Shown here in pieces: positions 59,302 to 64,000 of a stretch of DNA of 64,000 nucleotides. The notes under the pieces were generated by a model that did not search any database, had not been told where the DNA came from, and saw only the letters and a list, made by a program, of their open reading frames with translations. The DNA comes from an uncultured virus (IMG/VR IMGVR_UViG_3300029305_005079) (lineage: Duplodnaviria > Heunggongvirae > Uroviricota > Caudoviricetes): IMG/VR virus record IMGVR_UViG_3300029305_005079; one strand, given 5' to 3'. How positions within the stretch are numbered: position 1 is the first letter of the stretch; the number at the start of each line of letters is the position of its first letter. Both the position numbers and the translations under genes were made by a program.

Positions 59302-59559
59302 ATGTTTAATATGGAAAGATGTATTAAACTCGAAACAACGAAAACCCTTAATGTGAAAATCCCTAAAAAATGGGAGAAAACAAAAGACGGAAAGTATAGA
59401 GCTGCTATCCGTTATCGTGAAAGTATGGGGCGAATAGACCCATGGTCAATACCGGAATGCGTAAGTCTTATTCAAACATTCAAGACAATGTTTGTTATGA
59501 TAGCAGATGAGCATCCTGTTATTAATGACGGAGATTGTTTAATCTTTATGCAATCTTAA
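59302..59559 (+). CDS. Hypothetical protein
   Basis: ORF after early promoter at 59236-59252. Confidence 0.65.
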   Translation: MFNMERCIKLETTKTLNVKIPKKWEKTKDGKYRAAIRYRESMGRIDPWSIPECVSLIQTFKTMFVMIADEHPVINDGDCLIFMQS

Positions 59560-59593
59560 ACTTACCTATAAAGAAAGATGAGGTAATATAGCT

Positions 59594-59830
59594 ATGGCAA
59601 AGAAACCGAAAAGCATCATAGGGTGTCATGTAAAATATTTTGACTATCTGGATGCTGAACATTTTGGCACTATAGTAGCAGTAGAGCCATATCCAATGGA
59701 TCCGGAACAGGTTTATGTGTATATTGAAGATGAAGAGTCCGAATTTAATATACATGAAGATGAAGTAAACGGACAAATGGTAAAGTATGCTGAAGTGAGA
59801 CCAAGCACTGAAGTATATATCGACGACTAA
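59594..59830 (+). CDS. Small acidic hypothetical protein
   Basis: ORF with GAGGT RBS. Confidence 0.65.
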   Translation: MAKKPKSIIGCHVKYFDYLDAEHFGTIVAVEPYPMDPEQVYVYIEDEESEFNIHEDEVNGQMVKYAEVRPSTEVYIDD

Positions 59831-59852
59831 AAAGAAAGGAAATAAAACCATC

Positions 59853-60443
59853 ATGAAAGAGTATGTTTCTAGCAAAATAATTATAGCAGGATTTCCTGGA
59901 GTAGGAAAGTCCGAAGCAGCAAAAATTATTCCAGGTGTAGTTATGGACGTCGAAAGTTCAGAATGGCACTGGAATGAGGATAAGACATTAAATCCTCTTT
60001 GGCCCGATAACTATCTTGACTACGTTAAGATACTTCTTGAGACCGATGGGCTTAAGAATTATAGAGATCTTCTCTATATTTGTATTAGCACACACAATCA
60101 GACTTTGGAGAAATTGCGCAAGCTTCAGATCCCGTTCATTATCGCTGTACCAGAAGACAAAGAAGAGACTATTGCTCGCTATAAAGCGAGAGGAAATTCT
60201 GAAGCTTTTGTTAAGCAGCTTGAAGAGAATTGGGAAACTTGGATTGAGGATTTCAAGAAGTATGAGATGCCTATCATTACAGTTCCGAAAGGCCATTATC
60301 TCTCAGAGCTTCTCGATAAGCCTTCATATTACGATCTTCTCAAATCTAAGATCGATGAAGTTTGTCAATATGTATTAAGCGTCGAAGATGAATATAATCC
60401 TATAGATGAATTCTTTGATGGTCTTCTTGGCGACAAGAAGTGA
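59853..60443 (+). CDS. P-loop NTPase / nucleotide kinase-like protein
   Basis: IIAGFPGVGKS and RYKARGN. Confidence 0.7.
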   Translation: MKEYVSSKIIIAGFPGVGKSEAAKIIPGVVMDVESSEWHWNEDKTLNPLWPDNYLDYVKILLETDGLKNYRDLLYICISTHNQTLEKLRKLQIPFIIAVPEDKEETIARYKARGNSEAFVKQLEENWETWIEDFKKYEMPIITVPKGHYLSELLDKPSYYDLLKSKIDEVCQYVLSVEDEYNPIDEFFDGLLGDKK

Positions 60444-60539
60444 TACATATAAAAATATTAAAGAAGAGTCCCGTGGGACTCTTCTTTTTTTTGTATAATA
60501 ACCATCTTGAACATTACAATAAATTAGGAGGTGTTTAAT

Positions 60540-61862
60540 ATGGATATGAAAAATATGACTCCTATTTCTATAGATGAACTTCAAGCTCGACATTCTAAGA
60601 CTCTCTATAGAAGTATTTGTGTTCCGAGTACAACTCAGTCATACTCGCTTTGTATTGAATATATTAAAAAATGGTTTTTATCCAAATTCCCTGCTGATAC
60701 GTTTCCTAGTATTTATGTAGAAGGAAAAAATATATATGATGATTTCAGATCTTTAACAAGAAGTGAGCTTCTTAAAAGAAAGAAGCCCGCGCTTACCATC
60801 ACCCCTTCGATTGATTGGGGGTTTACGAATGAGAATCTAGATACATATCCTTATGGAATGGACCTGTATACTCAAACAGGAAGATTCAAAAATTCATTCT
60901 TTTCTTGTGTCGATACCAACTCCTATATGGGTATTGGTATGCAAACGATGTTAATGAACTTCAATTTCCGAATTAAGCTCGAAACTAGATCTCAACAGCT
61001 TGATATGTATAATTTTATTAAGCTTGCTTGTAGAATTGGTTTTACTTGTGGAGAAGATGTAGATCTTGATTTCCATATCCCATATTCACTTATGGTTCAG
61101 TTGGCAAAAGATAACGGTTTTGAAACCGTTATTAGATCTGAACAGGATAACCAAGAAGGGGAGATAATTAAAAATATTCCAGAATTCCTTCATTGGTTAA
61201 ATCTTCATAGTACATTACCATTCTTGTATAAGCATAGAACTTTGAACGGTAAAAATGAGTTCTTCCTTAGAATGAGAGATATGTATGTACATGTAAGACC
61301 AAGTGACCTTTCTGCAGATGATGGAGAAAGAGATGGTCAACTTTTAGGAAATTATACTCTAGAGTTTTCTGCCGAGGTTAGATTCCCAGCTCCTAAAATG
61401 TATGCTTACTATTCAAATAATGCACATAAGCTTCATGTTGTATATGGAGCATGGTATCAACCTTATGGTCCTGTAAGTTCTTGCTATACATTTAAAGGTA
61501 CACCTATTCCTGATAAAAATGAATATGGATGGCCTTTGTTTATGTATACTACTTACGAAAGCGATGAAGAAGATCTTAATAAACCGCTTCATATTGATTT
61601 CTCAGAACTATTAGAAGGAGATGTTGGAGCTTGTATTAAAGATTGTTTATCAAAAGGTATATCTCCATCAATTTTCTGTAATATGACTTTCTATAATGGA
61701 GCAGAATATATTTATGGAAAATTAGATTGGAATACTCTCACATTCGATAGTGATATGATTATTAGGCATTCGGGCACATTTATCGGTATTTATATCGATA
61801 ATGACTTTGTTACTAATTTTATTACTAGAGATGTGACAGAAAGACTCGAAAAGTCAAAATAA
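60540..61862 (+). CDS. Putative virion structural protein (tail completion-like)
   Basis: Late promoter at 60510-60522; beta-rich sequence. Confidence 0.4.
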   Translation: MDMKNMTPISIDELQARHSKTLYRSICVPSTTQSYSLCIEYIKKWFLSKFPADTFPSIYVEGKNIYDDFRSLTRSELLKRKKPALTITPSIDWGFTNENLDTYPYGMDLYTQTGRFKNSFFSCVDTNSYMGIGMQTMLMNFNFRIKLETRSQQLDMYNFIKLACRIGFTCGEDVDLDFHIPYSLMVQLAKDNGFETVIRSEQDNQEGEIIKNIPEFLHWLNLHSTLPFLYKHRTLNGKNEFFLRMRDMYVHVRPSDLSADDGERDGQLLGNYTLEFSAEVRFPAPKMYAYYSNNAHKLHVVYGAWYQPYGPVSSCYTFKGTPIPDKNEYGWPLFMYTTYESDEEDLNKPLHIDFSELLEGDVGACIKDCLSKGISPSIFCNMTFYNGAEYIYGKLDWNTLTFDSDMIIRHSGTFIGIYIDNDFVTNFITRDVTERLEKSK

Positions 61863-61908
61863 AAAAAAAGAGTTAAGGGAAGAGATTACTCTCTTCCCTT
61901 TATTTTTT

Positions 61909-62358
61909 TTACTTACGAACTGCAGCAGCTGCCACTACCTCATCAGGATAGAGGTTGCTGTGTTCTGCAATAAGGAACGCATCGATAACGGAGAAGATAT
62001 CGATAGAGTTCTTATGAAGGATGTCGGTAACGATTTCAGCAAGCTTATTAGAGTCAACAATATTAAGAATAGCACCATCGATACCAAAAGATGCATAATT
62101 CTTTTTAATAGTATCGAGTGCACGAGCAATAATTTCTTTCTCGTATTCCTCTCTGGAAGCGAACTGATTCTGATCGACACGAACAAGGATTACAACATCC
62201 TTGAGTACAGCTACAATCTTATCACCGTAGCTGTCGATAAAATCGGTAAGATTAAATTTCTTTCCGGTAGATTTGTAGTGCTTGTAAATCTTAACACCGC
62301 CTACGGCAGCGATTGCGATAACAAGAAGACCAACACAAATTCCGATAAACCAATCCAT
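61909..62358 (-). CDS. Single-pass membrane protein, holin-like candidate
   Basis: N-terminal TM helix, basic residues after it and a late promoter. Confidence 0.5.
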   Translation of the reverse strand: MDWFIGICVGLLVIAIAAVGGVKIYKHYKSTGKKFNLTDFIDSYGDKIVAVLKDVVILVRVDQNQFASREEYEKEIIARALDTIKKNYASFGIDGAILNIVDSNKLAEIVTDILHKNSIDIFSVIDAFLIAEHSNLYPDEVVAAAAVRK

Positions 62359-62448
62359 AATAAATACCTTCCTTTCATAGAATTATTTAAATGTTGATAT
62401 AAAGAAAAATAAGTAGAAGTTGACAACAACTTCTACTTATCTATTTAA

Positions 62449-63396
62449 TCATTTTCTATACATATAGTGATATGTAAGGATTGGAGCAATTTTTGTATTC
62501 ATTTTATCAACAACTGCTCTGATCTCCTCATTTCTAACACTATCGGTTTCGAAAGTATCAGCCTCTTCAAATTCTACAGCAATAAATCCTGCAATTACAT
62601 CATTATCATCTTTAACTGCAGAAAGATAAAGTGCTTTTGTTTTAGAATAGGCTATGAATTCTTCAATAGAGGGATCTTTGGTTGCAGACTTATGCACATC
62701 TTCTGCTTTATAACTACCTTTCTTGTAGAGATCTTCGATAAAGTCTGCAAAAAGGTGTAAAGGCATATCTGTATGAGATTTTCCTCTTAAAGTATTGCTA
62801 CCCTTATTAGTCCATTCATGAACACACGACATCTTAAAGAAAGGAAGTCCGTGCATGGATTTATTTCCATTATGGAATACATAGATAGCAACTCTACTAC
62901 AATTCAAAGATGTAAGTGTAGACCTTGAAGCGTCTTTAAAGGCCATGTTTACATCAATGTATGTGCCAACAAGATCTTTGTGAACTTGATTATCGATAGT
63001 CTGCTCAGCAGCTATCGATTCTGCTGCTTGCTGCATTGGTTTCAAAGCTGACTTTACTTCATCGACTATGTCCTTTGTAACGTCCGACTTCTTTCCAAGT
63101 TTTGCATCAAGAGCGTTATCTATAAACTTAGATAAAAGTTCCTCCTCGAGCTTGTCAGAATGATTTTGATGAGTCATAAAATATTGAGTCATCTTTGCAT
63201 TATTTCTGAGAACGAAAAAAGTTAAAAGTATGAATATAACGAAAAATACGGCCATTATGACTACAGCCAGACCATATGCATTAATATCCTTAGCAATAGT
63301 ATCTACAGCATCTGCTGCTTCCCCAATATTTTCTACAGGATCTTTAACTTCTGATGCTGTTGCTGTAAGAGCCAAGAAAGAAAATAAGAAATTCAT
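62449..63396 (-). CDS. Membrane protein with C-terminal GAF-like domain (holin-like candidate)
   Basis: TM helix; RVAIYVFHNG...AGFIAVEF. Confidence 0.5.
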   Translation of the reverse strand: MNFLFSFLALTATASEVKDPVENIGEAADAVDTIAKDINAYGLAVVIMAVFFVIFILLTFFVLRNNAKMTQYFMTHQNHSDKLEEELLSKFIDNALDAKLGKKSDVTKDIVDEVKSALKPMQQAAESIAAEQTIDNQVHKDLVGTYIDVNMAFKDASRSTLTSLNCSRVAIYVFHNGNKSMHGLPFFKMSCVHEWTNKGSNTLRGKSHTDMPLHLFADFIEDLYKKGSYKAEDVHKSATKDPSIEEFIAYSKTKALYLSAVKDDNDVIAGFIAVEFEEADTFETDSVRNEEIRAVVDKMNTKIAPILTYHYMYRK

Positions 63397-63529
63397 TACT
63401 ATCATTCCTCCATTGGTATTCTTACTTACATGTTCAAAGAAGCCTTGAGAGGCAGGCTCAGATAAGACCCGATTCTTCTGGTAAGTCAAAACATATAAAT
63501 AAATCTTTTTAAATAAGGAGGTTTATGAC

Positions 63530-64000
63530 ATGTCTTCAACTCCAAGGCATCCCATTAGACTTTCTGTATATACTTCGGATGGTGTATACTATCCTAGAGA
63601 AATTACAGAAGCTAATGGTAAATTATACTTGATTAATGATGATGGCTCTGTGGTCGAGTTAAACAAAACCGCAGTGACAAAAATTACTGATGCCGCTGGA
63701 ACCGCAATTGGTAGTGTGGATCCTACTACCGGTGGAACAGTGGCCATTCCTAATGCCTCTACAACTAAAAGAGGTCTTGTTGTATTCGGAACTTCTACAG
63801 GTAAGGCGCCTGGTACAGCGTCTGCTGGTTCTTCCGATTCTGTTGCTAGAGCTGACCATGTACACCCTGTACAGACATCTGTAAGTGGTAATGCTGGTAC
63901 GGCTACAAAACTAGCTAATGCTATTAACGTTAGTTTCTCTGGTGTAACTGGAGAATCTTTCAGTTTTGATGGTACTACAGATGTGACACTTAAAATTACA
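63530..64000 (+). CDS. Tail fibre protein, N-terminal part (runs off the window)
   Basis: Open frame from ATG 63530: ASTTKRGLV, ARADHVHP, GNAGTATKL and FDGT; late promoter at 63490-63502. Confidence 0.8.
   Translation, partial: MSSTPRHPIRLSVYTSDGVYYPREITEANGKLYLINDDGSVVELNKTAVTKITDAAGTAIGSVDPTTGGTVAIPNASTTKRGLVVFGTSTGKAPGTASAGSSDSVARADHVHPVQTSVSGNAGTATKLANAINVSFSGVTGESFSFDGTTDVTLKIT

Noticed and set aside
1..64000. Stop-codon reassignment
   Set aside because: Genes are intact and densely packed under code 11; TAG stops are rare but no in-frame TAG read-through is needed in this window
1..64000. CRISPR array, transposase, integrase, chimallin or tubulin genes
   Set aside because: No regularly spaced repeats or recognisable motifs seen; a remote chimallin homologue among the hypotheticals cannot be excluded without a structure search

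Overview
This AT-rich window is from a jumbo myophage of the phiKZ/AR9(PBS1)-like lineage, read in the standard genetic code. Strong GGAGG Shine-Dalgarno sites suggest a Firmicute host (inference). It encodes three split RNA polymerase beta-prime pieces from two RNAPs, a divergent family-B DNA polymerase lacking motif A plus a separate palm-like protein, an SF2 helicase, RNase H, ThyX, a dTMP kinase and a GroEL-like chaperonin. It also encodes a DHH phosphoesterase fusion, terminase, prohead protease, probable major capsid protein, and baseplate, tail and lysis genes. Two related group I introns are present: one in a kinase-like gene carries an HNH endonuclease, and one in the catalytic beta-prime gene carries a CCA-ending tRNA-like element in the same loop. 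Other notable signals are a recurrent terminal peptide motif (I-x-P-M-x-F-F) shared by unrelated proteins, two promoter classes, two candidate structured ncRNAs and a probable protease-processed effector polyprotein. Product calls come from motif recognition only; no searches were run.
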